64,000 bases of DNA from an uncultured Gemmatimonadaceae bacterium (GTDB lineage: Bacteria; Gemmatimonadota; Gemmatimonadetes; Gemmatimonadales; Gemmatimonadaceae): assembly GCA_963822945.1 (NCBI GenBank), contig CAWGJO010000033.1, positions 32,001-96,000 of the forward strand, read 5' to 3'. Shown one piece after another: positions 42,155 through 51,851 of the stretch. The notes under the pieces were generated by a model. That model made no database searches, was not told the DNA's origin, and saw only the letters and a list, made by a program, of their open reading frames with translations. The translations under genes were made by a program, and so were the position numbers. Numbering within the stretch: the stretch's first letter is position 1; each line of letters opens with the position of its first letter.

Positions 42155-44533
42155 ATGACGAAGAAAACGACTGCGTACGTGATGCCGTTTGAAGATATCC
42201 GCATGACCGACGTCGACCGGGTGGGTGGCAAGAATGCATCGCTCGGTGAGATGATCGGCCAACTCGCAGCCTCCGGCGTGCGGGTGCCCGGCGGGTTCGC
42301 CACCACGGCGGCGGCGTTTCGCGACTTCCTGGGGCAGAGCGGGTTGGCCAAGCGGATCGAGGAAACGCTCGGCGCCCTCGACATCGAGGACGTGAACGCG
42401 CTGGCCGAGACGGGTGAGCGAATCCGGAAGTGGATCCTGGATACGCCGCTCCCGCCGAAGCTCGAAACGGAAATCAAGTCACATTATGAGAAACTGGTCG
42501 CCGACAGCGGCGACGACATGACGTTCGCCGTCCGGTCGTCGGCCACCGCCGAGGACCTGCCCGATGCGTCCTTTGCCGGCCAGCAGGAGACGTACCTCAA
42601 TATCCACGGGTACGAGAACATCCTCACCGCGGTGAAGGAGACCTTCGCGTCGCTCTACAACGACCGCGCCATTGCGTATCGCGTGCATAAGGGGTTCGCG
42701 CACGCCGACGTCGCGCTGTCGGCCGGCATCCAGCGCATGGTGCGCTCCGATACCGGCGCGTCGGGCGTGATGTTCACACTCGACACCGAATCGGGGTTCG
42801 ACCAGGTGGTGTTCATCACCGCATCGTACGGACTGGGCGAAACCGTGGTGCAGGGCGCGGTGAACCCCGACGAGTTCTACGTGCACAAGCCGACGCTCGC
42901 GCTGGGCAAGCCGTCCATCGTGCGCCGGAGTCTCGGCTCCAAGCTCATCAAGATGGTGTTCACCGGCGATCGCGAGGCGGGAAAGAGCACGCGAACGGTA
43001 GACGTGCCGGAATCCGATCGCTACCGGTTCGCGCTCAACGACGCGGACGTGCTCGAGCTGGCCCGCTATGCGGTGATCATCGAGAAGCACTATGGTCGCG
43101 CCATGGACATCGAGTGGGGGCGCGACGGCGAGGACGGCAAGCTCTACGTGCTGCAGGCGCGTCCGGAAACGGTCAAGTCGCACCGCTCGAACACCACCGA
43201 GAAGTTCAGGCTCAAGCAGCACGGCAAGGTGCTGGTCAAGGGTCGCGCCATCGGGCAGAAGATCGGCGCCGGCCCGGCCCGCGTGGTGAAGAGCGCGAAG
43301 GAGATGGACCGCGTGAAGCCGGGCGACGTGCTGGTCACCGACATGACCGACCCCAACTGGGAGCCGGTGATGAAGCGCGCCGCGGCGATCGTCACCAATC
43401 GCGGCGGGCGCACCTGCCACGCCGCCATCATCGCCCGCGAGTTGGGGATCCCCGCCATCGTCGGCACCGGCGACGGCACCTCCAAACTCGAGGAGGACGA
43501 GCCGATCACCGTGAGCTGCGCCGAGGGCGACACCGGGTACGTGTATCGGGGAATGCTCGAGTACGAGGTGACCACCGCCGACGTCGGCAAACTGCCCGAC
43601 CTCCCGGCCAAGATCATGATGAACGTGGGCAACCCGGAAATGGCGTTCGAGTTCGCGCTCATTCCCAATGCGGGCGTGGGCCTGGCGCGGCTGGAGTTCG
43701 TGATCAACAACGTGATCGGCGTACACCCCAAGGCGATTCTCGACATCGAGCACGTGCGCGAGAGCCTGCGCGAGGAGATCACGCGCCGGGCCCGCGGCTA
43801 CGCGAGTCCCGAGGACTTCTTCGTCGACAAGCTCGTGGAGGGCGTGGCGACCATCGGCGCCGCATTCTATCCCAAGCCGGTCATCGTGCGGCTCTCGGAC
43901 TTCAAGTCCAACGAGTACCGCAAGCTGCTGGGTGGCGAGATATACGAGCCGGAGGAGGAGAATCCGATGCTCGGCTTCCGCGGTGCGTCGCGCTACGTGG
44001 CCGACAGCTTCCGCGACTGCTTCGAGCTGGAGTGCCGGGCCATGAAGCGCGTGCGCGACGAGCTGGGACTCACCAACGTGGAGATCATGATTCCGTTCGT
44101 GCGCACGGTGAGCGAGGCCAAGCGGGTGGTCGAGCTGCTGGCCGAGCACGGGCTGCAGCGCGGTGAGAACGGCCTGCGGCTGATCATGATGTGCGAGATC
44201 CCGTCCAACTCCCTGCTCGCCGACGAGTTCCTGGAGTACTTCGACGGCTTCTCCATCGGCTCCAACGATCTCACGCAGTTGACCCTGGGGTTGGACCGCG
44301 ACTCGGGGTTGGTGGCCCAGGGATTCGACGAGCGCGACGGCGCGGTGAAGAAGCTGCTCTCGATGGCCATCTCGGCGTGCAACCGGCTGGACAAATACAT
44401 CGGCATCTGCGGCCAGGGGCCGAGTGACCACGCCGACTTCGCCCAGTGGCTGATGGACGAGGGGATCCAGACCATTTCGCTGAATCCGGATACGGTCGTC
44501 GAAACCTGGATGCGCCTGGGAGCGAAATCGTAA
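42155..44533 (+). CDS. ppsA: Phosphoenolpyruvate synthase
   Basis: [58 protein letters not shown]; 792 aa. Confidence 0.98.
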   Translation: MTKKTTAYVMPFEDIRMTDVDRVGGKNASLGEMIGQLAASGVRVPGGFATTAAAFRDFLGQSGLAKRIEETLGALDIEDVNALAETGERIRKWILDTPLPPKLETEIKSHYEKLVADSGDDMTFAVRSSATAEDLPDASFAGQQETYLNIHGYENILTAVKETFASLYNDRAIAYRVHKGFAHADVALSAGIQRMVRSDTGASGVMFTLDTESGFDQVVFITASYGLGETVVQGAVNPDEFYVHKPTLALGKPSIVRRSLGSKLIKMVFTGDREAGKSTRTVDVPESDRYRFALNDADVLELARYAVIIEKHYGRAMDIEWGRDGEDGKLYVLQARPETVKSHRSNTTEKFRLKQHGKVLVKGRAIGQKIGAGPARVVKSAKEMDRVKPGDVLVTDMTDPNWEPVMKRAAAIVTNRGGRTCHAAIIARELGIPAIVGTGDGTSKLEEDEPITVSCAEGDTGYVYRGMLEYEVTTADVGKLPDLPAKIMMNVGNPEMAFEFALIPNAGVGLARLEFVINNVIGVHPKAILDIEHVRESLREEITRRARGYASPEDFFVDKLVEGVATIGAAFYPKPVIVRLSDFKSNEYRKLLGGEIYEPEEENPMLGFRGASRYVADSFRDCFELECRAMKRVRDELGLTNVEIMIPFVRTVSEAKRVVELLAEHGLQRGENGLRLIMMCEIPSNSLLADEFLEYFDGFSIGSNDLTQLTLGLDRDSGLVAQGFDERDGAVKKLLSMAISACNRLDKYIGICGQGPSDHADFAQWLMDEGIQTISLNPDTVVETWMRLGAKS

Positions 44534-44594
44534 GTCGGTAGGTCGGTACGTCGGTGTATTGCCCGACCTACCGACCTACCGACCTACCGACCGT
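44534..44594. repeat. Inverted 8-nt arrays (GTCGGTAG-type x3 / CCGACCTA-type x4) forming a hairpin
   Basis: Begins at the first base after the ppsA TAA. Confidence 0.9.
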
Positions 44595-44661
44595 CTGTCT
44601 GGCGCGCAACGCTCCGGCCGGCGATGTTGTCTGACCAGCATCCCCGGCCAGGAGCCACGCC

Positions 44662-47136
44662 ATGCTCCGCGACTTCGCGTACGCCTTTCGTTCGCTCCGC
44701 AAGAATCCCGGATTCACGGTCACGGCGCTGATCACGCTCGCCCTCGGCATCGGGGCCACCACGGCGATCTTCAGCGTGGTGAATGCGGTGCTGCTGCGGC
44801 CGCTGCCGTACGCCGATGCAAGCCGCCTCGTCGTGATCACGTCCGACATGGTGGCCCGGGACGTGAATGACTTCCCGATGGCCGCCGGCGACATCAAGCA
44901 GATGCGCGACGGGGGGAGCCTGTTCGACGGCATCGCGGCGGTTCGCACTTTCAACCAGCCCACCGTGAACGAGCGCGGGGAGACCGAGCAGATCCGCGGC
45001 GCCCTCGTCACCACCAACCTGTTCTCCGTGCTCGGCGCGCACCTGGTGGCGGGGCGCGATTTCACCGACGCCGACGGAACGCCGCAGCCCGTGACGCTGG
45101 GCCCCAACGGCCGGCCTGTGGCGCCGACCACGCCGCCCCCACCGCCGGTGGTGATCCTGGGGTACGGCTACTGGCAGCGCCACTTCGGTGGCGAACGATC
45201 GGTGGTCGGCACGGTCATTCCCGTGGGAGCCGCTCGCGGCGAGGTGGTCGGCATCGCGCCGCCCGGGTTCGAGTTGCTCTTCCCCCCGAGCTTCAGCGTC
45301 GAGCGAACGCCCGACGTCTATATTGCCGCGCGCATCGACTGGGCCACCGCCTCGCACATCAATGTCGGCTTCCGGACGCTCGGGCTTCTCAAGCCCGGGG
45401 TGTCGGTGTCCGCGGCCCAGTCGCAGATGAACACGGTGGCCGCCGACCTGAACGAACTCGTGCCGATCAAGAAGACGGCAGGATTCCGGCTTCGCGTGGT
45501 ACCCATGCACGAGGAGATGGTGGCCGAGGCGCGGCCGGCCGTGCTCGCGCTCATGGGCGGCGTCACGTTCGTGCTGCTCATTGCGTGCGCCAACGTGGCC
45601 AACCTGCTCCTCGTTCGCACGTCGCGGCGCGAGCGCGAGCTGGCCGTGCGGGCCGCACTCGGCGGCAGCCGGTCGCGGCTCATGCGGCAGATGTTGGCCG
45701 AATCGTTGCTGCTCTCGGTGGGCGGCGCACTGCTGGGGTTGGGGCTCGCCGCGCTCGGGGTGAGGCTGCTCGTCGCCATCGGCCCGCAGGATCTGCCGAC
45801 CATCGGCCGGGTGGCCATCGATCCGATCGCGTTGTCGTTCGCCGTCGGGGCCGGCGTGCTGGCGGCCGTGCTGTTCGGGGTCATGCCCGCGTGGCGCGCC
45901 TCGCGGCCCGACATCGTGGGCGTGTTGCGTTCCAGCGGCCGCACGTCGGAACTCGGGGCGGGGCGCGCGCTGCGCAATGGCGTGGTGACCGCCGAGGTGG
46001 CGCTCGCCTTCGTGCTGCTGGTGGGAAGCGGGCTGATGCTGCGGAGCTTCGCGGTGCTGACGCGCGCCGATCCCGGTTTCGATCCGACGGGACTGCTGAC
46101 CTTCCAGGCGCAGCGCCTCGGGGGCGGTCCGCCCGCGCAGCGCGAGGCGTTCGGCCGCCTCATGGCGCAACGGCTGGCGGGCATGCCGGGGGTCACCGGC
46201 GTCGCGGCCGGCGTGCCGGTGCCGTTCTCCGGCGGAGACGTCACGGCGCGCTGGGGCACCGAAGTCGCGGTCAACGACCCGGCCGCCTTCCGGGAGGCCG
46301 ACCTGGGCATCGTGACGCCCGGCTACTTCCGCGTCATGCGCACGAAGCTGCTGGCCGGGCGTGTCTTCACCGAGGCGGACAACGTGCCGACGTCCACGTC
46401 GGTGATCGTCGATCGGGCCCTCGCCGCGCGCGCGTTCCCGGGACAGTCGGCGGTGGGCAAGCGGCTCTTCGTGCGCTACCGCAGCAACGAGCCGGAGTGG
46501 GTGGATATCGTCGGTGTGGTGGACCAGGTGCGGCGCGACTCGCCGGCCACCGACGGGCCGGAGCAGATGTACGTGACCGACGGCGAGATCGGATTCGGCA
46601 TCGGGACGTGGATCGTGCGAACGTCCGGCGATCCGGCGCGCCTGGAGTCCACGGTGCGGTCCACCATCGCGCAGATCGACCCCAAGATTCCGATCGTCGA
46701 CATGAAGCCGATGCGCGCCTACGTGCGCGACGCGTACGCGTCCACCCGGTTCGCGCTCGCCCTCGTGGGCGCGTTCGCGGCCATCGCGCTCGTGCTCGCC
46801 GCCGTGGGCCTGTACGGCGTACTCTCGACCATCGTGCGCCAGCGCACCGCCGAGATCGGTGTGCGGATGGCGTTCGGCGCGCCAAAGGAGCGCATCTTCC
46901 GGCAGATGGTGGGTGAGGGGATGCGCCTGGCAGGCATCGGGATCGGGGTGGGCCTCGCGGCCGCGTTCGCGCTCACCCGGACCATGCGAAGCATGCTGGT
47001 CGGCGTTCGGGCCACCGATCCGGCGACCTTCGCCGCGATCGCGCTGGTGTTCGTGGCCATCGCGGCGTTGTCGTGCTGGCTGCCGGCGCGGCGGGCGGCG
47101 GCACTCGATCCGGCGGACGCGTTGCGGGGGGAGTGA
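44662..47136 (+). CDS. Duplicated orphan ABC permease (ADOP/MacB-FtsX type)
   Basis: TLALGIGATTAIFSVVNAVLLRPLPY, LLIACANVANLLL, RTAEIGVRMAFGA. Confidence 0.92.
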   Translation: MLRDFAYAFRSLRKNPGFTVTALITLALGIGATTAIFSVVNAVLLRPLPYADASRLVVITSDMVARDVNDFPMAAGDIKQMRDGGSLFDGIAAVRTFNQPTVNERGETEQIRGALVTTNLFSVLGAHLVAGRDFTDADGTPQPVTLGPNGRPVAPTTPPPPPVVILGYGYWQRHFGGERSVVGTVIPVGAARGEVVGIAPPGFELLFPPSFSVERTPDVYIAARIDWATASHINVGFRTLGLLKPGVSVSAAQSQMNTVAADLNELVPIKKTAGFRLRVVPMHEEMVAEARPAVLALMGGVTFVLLIACANVANLLLVRTSRRERELAVRAALGGSRSRLMRQMLAESLLLSVGGALLGLGLAALGVRLLVAIGPQDLPTIGRVAIDPIALSFAVGAGVLAAVLFGVMPAWRASRPDIVGVLRSSGRTSELGAGRALRNGVVTAEVALAFVLLVGSGLMLRSFAVLTRADPGFDPTGLLTFQAQRLGGGPPAQREAFGRLMAQRLAGMPGVTGVAAGVPVPFSGGDVTARWGTEVAVNDPAAFREADLGIVTPGYFRVMRTKLLAGRVFTEADNVPTSTSVIVDRALAARAFPGQSAVGKRLFVRYRSNEPEWVDIVGVVDQVRRDSPATDGPEQMYVTDGEIGFGIGTWIVRTSGDPARLESTVRSTIAQIDPKIPIVDMKPMRAYVRDAYASTRFALALVGAFAAIALVLAAVGLYGVLSTIVRQRTAEIGVRMAFGAPKERIFRQMVGEGMRLAGIGIGVGLAAAFALTRTMRSMLVGVRATDPATFAAIALVFVAIAALSCWLPARRAAALDPADALRGE

Positions 47137-47147
47137 GGGGGCGTAAC

Positions 47148-47267
47148 GACAGTCGGACAGTCGGACAGTCGGACAGTCGGACAGTCGGACAGTCAGACAG
47201 TCAGACAGTCAGACAGTCGAAGGGGCGGACAGTCGAAGGGGCGGACAGTCGAAGGGGCGGAGAGACG
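47148..47267 (+). repeat. 8-nt array: GACAGTCG x5, GACAGTCA x3, then (GACAGTCG AAGGGGCG) x3
   Basis: Starts 12 nt after the stop at 47136; includes higher-order 16-mer units. Confidence 0.95.
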
Positions 47268-47293
47268 GGGCGTCGGACCCGGCGGCAGTGCGC

Positions 47294-48133
47294 CTACGCC
47301 GCCGGTTGCGGCTCCGCCGGCAGCGGTCCGAGTGCGGCGCGCCGCTGCCAGAAGAGGAGTCCGACCACGACGGCACAGAGGGCGAGCGCCGCTCCGAACT
47401 CGCCGGTGATCCAGGCCGTGTGCCCGGTATCGGCCGTCATCCGGTCGAACACTCCCTGGATGAACAGGTTGTGGCTGGCGTGCAGGAGCGCGCCCGTCCA
47501 CAGGCTTCCCGAACGGAGCCGGATCCACGCGAACGCCGTGCCGATGCCGAGTACCATGACGGCGAAGCAGGTGAGCCCGAACCACCAGGGCGTGCCGGAG
47601 TTGTAGTCGGCGAACAGCAGCACGGGTGTGTGCCAGAGCGCCCAGATGCCGCTGCTGATGAGTGCCGTGCCGGTGAAGCCGGTGACGCGTGAGAGTTGGG
47701 GCACGAGCACGCCGCGCCATCCGATCTCCTCGCCCGTGGCGCTGATCAGCGACATGCACACGCCCAACGTGGCGGCCCTGACGATGAAGGTCCCGGTCGC
47801 CGTTCCCTGCGGCAGGTGCGCGGTGGTGAATGCGCCCCACCCGGCGGCCCACACCACGCCGTACGCGACCGCCGCGTACGCCACGGGGAGCAGGTAGGCG
47901 AGCGCGAGCCACTTCGGGCGGCCGAGCCCCCATCCCATGCCGCGCAGACTGTGCGTGTTGATCAGCATGGTGAGGATGCCCGCCGTGCCGGGGCACCACA
48001 TCAGGCCGAGGACGTACAGTCCGTGGCCCGCCGAAAGCGTACCGGCGCGGATGATCAGCGTGTAGAAGATGCTGCTCAATCCGAAGGTGAGCAGCAGATA
48101 GGTCGCGAGGTTTCGCTTGGCGGAGGCGGGCAT
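47294..48133 (-). CDS. CPBP/CAAX-family intramembrane glutamic endopeptidase
   Basis: GEEIGWRG, IWALWH, GSLW..ALLHASHN. Confidence 0.92.
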   Translation of the reverse strand: MPASAKRNLATYLLLTFGLSSIFYTLIIRAGTLSAGHGLYVLGLMWCPGTAGILTMLINTHSLRGMGWGLGRPKWLALAYLLPVAYAAVAYGVVWAAGWGAFTTAHLPQGTATGTFIVRAATLGVCMSLISATGEEIGWRGVLVPQLSRVTGFTGTALISSGIWALWHTPVLLFADYNSGTPWWFGLTCFAVMVLGIGTAFAWIRLRSGSLWTGALLHASHNLFIQGVFDRMTADTGHTAWITGEFGAALALCAVVVGLLFWQRRAALGPLPAEPQPAA

Positions 48134-48192
48134 GGGAGGTGGCGGAAGGGGGAGGGGGAGGGGCAACCGGTGGGCCAGCGTCACGCGAAGTT

Positions 48193-48256
48193 CGACTGTC
48201 CGACTGTCCGACTGTCTGACTGTCCGACTGTCCGACTGTCCGACTATCGGACTGCC
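48193..48256 (-). repeat. 8-nt array of CGACTGTC-type units x8
   Basis: Between divergent genes; inverted relative to the 47148 array. Confidence 0.95.
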
Positions 48257-48296
48257 CCATCTTACACTTCCCGGCGAAACTCGCTATACGTGCGTC

Positions 48297-48575
48297 ATGT
48301 CCCGCGCATTCGTCAACGAAGACGCCAACGAGCCCGAGCCGCGCTACGTGCTCCCGCCGCGCGACGATCCCGGCTACGACGAGGCCGCAGCCGTCGCCCT
48401 CCTCGACGGCGCCGACGTCGGCAACTCCTACAGCGCCGAGCAGGCGACGGGGTACACGTGGGGCGATCCCGCGCTCGAGGCGCACATGCGCCGCCTGCTC
48501 GCGCGCGCCGAGGCCGAAGGCGACGACCGCCGGGCGACGCTGGCGAGCCGCTACCTGCGGGCCATCAAGCGGTAG
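48297..48575 (+). CDS. Small hypothetical protein with MSRAFVxE N-terminus
   Basis: 92 aa with typical codon usage; the N-terminus resembles that of some GreA/GreB-like proteins but the rest does not. Confidence 0.65.
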   Translation: MSRAFVNEDANEPEPRYVLPPRDDPGYDEAAAVALLDGADVGNSYSAEQATGYTWGDPALEAHMRRLLARAEAEGDDRRATLASRYLRAIKR

Positions 48576-48605
48576 CTCTTCGCCGGCTCACCGTCTCAAC
48601 TCCGT

Positions 48606-51296
48606 CTATTCCGCGCGCATCGCAATTACGGGATCCACCCGCGCCGCCCGCCGCATGGGGACCACGCACGCCAGCAGTGCGGTGGCCAGCAGCGCACCCG
48701 CGGCCAGCCCGTACGACAGCGGATCGTCGGCCGACACTCCGCTGAGCATGTTCGACAGCAGGCGGGTTCCCCAGTGTGCTCCCACCAGGCCCACCGCCAT
48801 GCCGAGCGCGGCGAGCAGCACGCCACGGCCCACCACGCTGCGCGCGATGCGCGCGTTGGTGGCGCCCAGGGCCACCCGGATGCCGATCTCGCGGGTTCGC
48901 TGCGCCACCGCGTAGGCCATCACGCCGTAGAGCCCTACCGCGGCCAGCACGAGCGCCAGGCCGGTGAAGATGGCCAGCAGGAGCATCGTGAACCGTGGGC
49001 GCGCGATGGTGGACGCCATCGCGTCGGCGACGTTGTCCACGTGCACGGGCGGGATGGCGGCGTTCATCTCGGCCACCACGCGGCGAATCTGCGGCAGCGC
49101 ACGGGCCGGATCGGGGATGCGTGCCAGGAGTGTCGGCGAGAAGTACCGCGCGGGTGGTTCGTACAGGATCGGATCCGTCGTGTCCATCGTGATGCCGCCG
49201 GTGGACGCGTCCTTCGCCACTCCGACGATGGTCATCCAGTTCCCGTGGCCGCCGTTCTCCACCCGCACCCGATGACCCACGGCGGTGCCGTTCGGCCAGA
49301 ACCTGCGCGCCATCCCTTCGTTGACGATCACCTGGGCGGCGGCCGCCGTGGTATCGGTGAACGTGGTGCCCTGGACCAGCGGAATCCCCATGAGCGCGAA
49401 GTACTCGGGCCGTACGCCCAGCACGCCGACGAAGGAGCTGCCCCCTTCGGGCGCCGGCTGGTTGTCGATCTGGAGGTTCCCGAGGCTGAAGTTGCGTCCC
49501 GGCGGCGCCGTGGTGGCCAGGGTCACCGCCTGCACGCCCGGAATGTCCGCCACTCGTGTTGCCAGGCGATCGTAGAAGCTCCACTGCCGCGCCGTCGTGG
49601 TGTCGGCGGTAGCCGAGAGATTGGCCGTCACGGCATACAGCCCCTGGGCCCTGAACCCGGGGTCGGTCAACTGCAGGTGCGCGAAACTGCGGATGAGCAG
49701 TACGGCGCCCACGAGAAGCGTCGTCGAGAGGGCCATCTCGGTGACCACGAGCAGCGACCGCAGCCGGTCGTGTCCTCGGCCCATGGAAGTCGGCGTCCCG
49801 ACCCTGAGCACGGCGGGCGAGGAGAGTCGCGCGGACTGCGACGCCCCGGCGAGACCGAAGACCAGGCCGGTGACGACGGCGAGCGCCGCGGCGACGAGGA
49901 TGGTGGTGCCGTCCATGTGCGCCGTGGCCAGCTCCGACAGCGATGCCGGACGGAGCGCGACCAGCGCGCGCAGCATGCCCCATCCGACGGCGAGTCCGAC
50001 CACGCCCCCCGCACCCGCAAGCACCAGCGTCTCCGTGATCAGTTGGCGAAACAGGCGGCCCCGGCGGGCGCCGATCGCGGCGCGGATGGCCATCTCGCGC
50101 TGGCGCGTGGCTCCCCGCGCGAGCAGCAGGTGGGCGACGTTGGCGCAGGCGATGATCAGGACGAGCGCCACGGCGCCGGCCAGCAGGAGCAGCGAGTCGT
50201 GAAAGCTGACCAGCGAACTGGGCGCGCGGACCACCGCGGCGAACTGCACCTTGGAGGGCGCCCCCGGTTGGTGCGCCGAGATCGTGTCGAGTTCCCGCGC
50301 CGCCTGGCCGTAGTCGATTCCCGGACGCAGCCGGCCGAGCATCGTGACGCCCTGATTGTCGTCGTGAATGTCGAGCGGCAGGAACACGTCGCTGTGGTTC
50401 TGCAGAATGGCCGGCAGTTGAAAGGCCGCCGGCATCACGCCGATGACCGTGTAGTCCTTGCCGTCGAGCACGATCGGCGTGCCGGCCACATTCCGGTCGC
50501 CGCCGTAGCGGGAGCGCCAGTATCCCTCGCTCAGCACGGCCACCGGCGCCTTGGCCCGGACATCGGCGTCGGTGAAGTAGCGTCCCACGAGGGGCCGCTC
50601 GCCGGTGAACGCGGCGAAGCTCGGTTGCACGATGGCGCCGTGCACCACCGACGCCGGGGCGTCGCCGGCGCGGAGAATCATGTCCCGCGTGGCGAAGCCT
50701 TCCAACTGTTCGAAGTCGTGGGTGTTCGCCTGCCAGGCCCGCAGCGTCCGCGTGGTGGGGCTCACGAACACGCTCACGCCGCTCACGCTGCCCGCGGTCG
50801 GTTGCATGAACACGACGGCCAGCCGGCTCGCGTTGGGGTAGGCGAGGGGGTGGAGGAGCAGGTCGTTGACGACGCTGAACACCGCGGTGTTGGCGCCGAT
50901 GCCCAGCGCGAGGGTGAGCACACCGACGATCGTCCAGCTCTTCTGCCGTGCCATGGCGCGGATGCCGAAGCGCACGTCCTGCACGAAGGCGTCGAGGAGT
51001 TGAGCGCGGGTCATGCGGCGGTTCCTCCGGTTGTCGATCTCGATGCACCGGGCGCGGACGGCGGCCAGATCACCGAGTCGCCGCGCCACGGCGTCGCGGG
51101 CCTCCTGCTCGCTCAGGCCGCGGGCCAGGTGGTCGTCCACGCGCATGTCGGCGTGGAAGGTGAGTTCCTCATCCACGTCGGCGTCGGCGCGCGGCCCCCA
51201 GAAGTGCAGATAGCGGCGCCACATCGCGGCGGCGCGCGCGTTGGGCGCCGGTTGCTGGACGTGCCGCGTGTCGGGCCGGGTGTCCGATGCTCGCAT
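48606..51296 (-). CDS. Duplicated orphan ABC permease (ADOP) with N-terminal prefix domain
   Basis: DVDEELTFH, QDVRFG.R, LALGIGANTAVFS, IACANVAHLLL, RTREIGIRVALGA; start may be at 51224. Confidence 0.92.
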   Translation of the reverse strand: MRASDTRPDTRHVQQPAPNARAAAMWRRYLHFWGPRADADVDEELTFHADMRVDDHLARGLSEQEARDAVARRLGDLAAVRARCIEIDNRRNRRMTRAQLLDAFVQDVRFGIRAMARQKSWTIVGVLTLALGIGANTAVFSVVNDLLLHPLAYPNASRLAVVFMQPTAGSVSGVSVFVSPTTRTLRAWQANTHDFEQLEGFATRDMILRAGDAPASVVHGAIVQPSFAAFTGERPLVGRYFTDADVRAKAPVAVLSEGYWRSRYGGDRNVAGTPIVLDGKDYTVIGVMPAAFQLPAILQNHSDVFLPLDIHDDNQGVTMLGRLRPGIDYGQAARELDTISAHQPGAPSKVQFAAVVRAPSSLVSFHDSLLLLAGAVALVLIIACANVAHLLLARGATRQREMAIRAAIGARRGRLFRQLITETLVLAGAGGVVGLAVGWGMLRALVALRPASLSELATAHMDGTTILVAAALAVVTGLVFGLAGASQSARLSSPAVLRVGTPTSMGRGHDRLRSLLVVTEMALSTTLLVGAVLLIRSFAHLQLTDPGFRAQGLYAVTANLSATADTTTARQWSFYDRLATRVADIPGVQAVTLATTAPPGRNFSLGNLQIDNQPAPEGGSSFVGVLGVRPEYFALMGIPLVQGTTFTDTTAAAAQVIVNEGMARRFWPNGTAVGHRVRVENGGHGNWMTIVGVAKDASTGGITMDTTDPILYEPPARYFSPTLLARIPDPARALPQIRRVVAEMNAAIPPVHVDNVADAMASTIARPRFTMLLLAIFTGLALVLAAVGLYGVMAYAVAQRTREIGIRVALGATNARIARSVVGRGVLLAALGMAVGLVGAHWGTRLLSNMLSGVSADDPLSYGLAAGALLATALLACVVPMRRAARVDPVIAMRAE

Positions 51297-51311
51297 GCGC
51301 CGTCCCCCGGG

Positions 51312-51656
51312 TCAGGCGTTGGCCGGCGCCGTATCGAGCACCTTGCCCACGGCCGCGGCGAACCGCGCCCAACTGTCACGCGACGCGCGCAGGTGCTTCC
51401 GCCCGGTCGGCGTGAGCCGGTAGAACTTGGCCCGCCGGTTGTTGTCGGTGATGCCCCAATCGGCGCTGACGAGACCCTGCTCCTCGAGCTTGTGCAGGGC
51501 GGGGTACAGCGACCCCTCCTCCACCTGCAGGACGTCGTCGGTGCACTGCTCGATCCAGCGGGCGATGCCGTACCCGTGGGCCGGACCCCATGACAGCGTC
51601 TTGAGGATCATCAGGTCGAGCGTACCGCGGAGGAAGTCGGTGGAGGGAGTCGCCAT
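51312..51656 (-). CDS. PadR family transcriptional regulator (acidobacterial type)
   Basis: LRGTLDLMILKTL, HGYGIA, EEGSLYPALH, NNRRAKFYRLT. Confidence 0.95.
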   Translation of the reverse strand: MATPSTDFLRGTLDLMILKTLSWGPAHGYGIARWIEQCTDDVLQVEEGSLYPALHKLEEQGLVSADWGITDNNRRAKFYRLTPTGRKHLRASRDSWARFAAAVGKVLDTAPANA

Positions 51657-51689
51657 GGGTGCGCCGGTGGCCGGTTGGATTCGGGATGT

Positions 51690-51713
51690 TGCCTAGGGTG
51701 CCTAGGCATTATA
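51690..51713 (-). promoter_or_regulatory. Probable padR operator and -10 box
   Basis: Perfect palindrome TGCCTAGG-GTG-CCTAGGCA (51690-51708) abutting a minus-strand TATAAT (51708-51713). Confidence 0.75.
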
Positions 51714-51851
51714 CCGAGCCTGTCTATGGGACACCAGTCCGGACGGAACGGTTGCCACCGTCGCGCGCTTCGGCCTCCACCCTTCAGCGTTCAGCCGTCG
51801 ACCCGCAGGGGTGAGCCGTCGGGCCCACCCCCAGGCCGCACGCCTCAGCCC

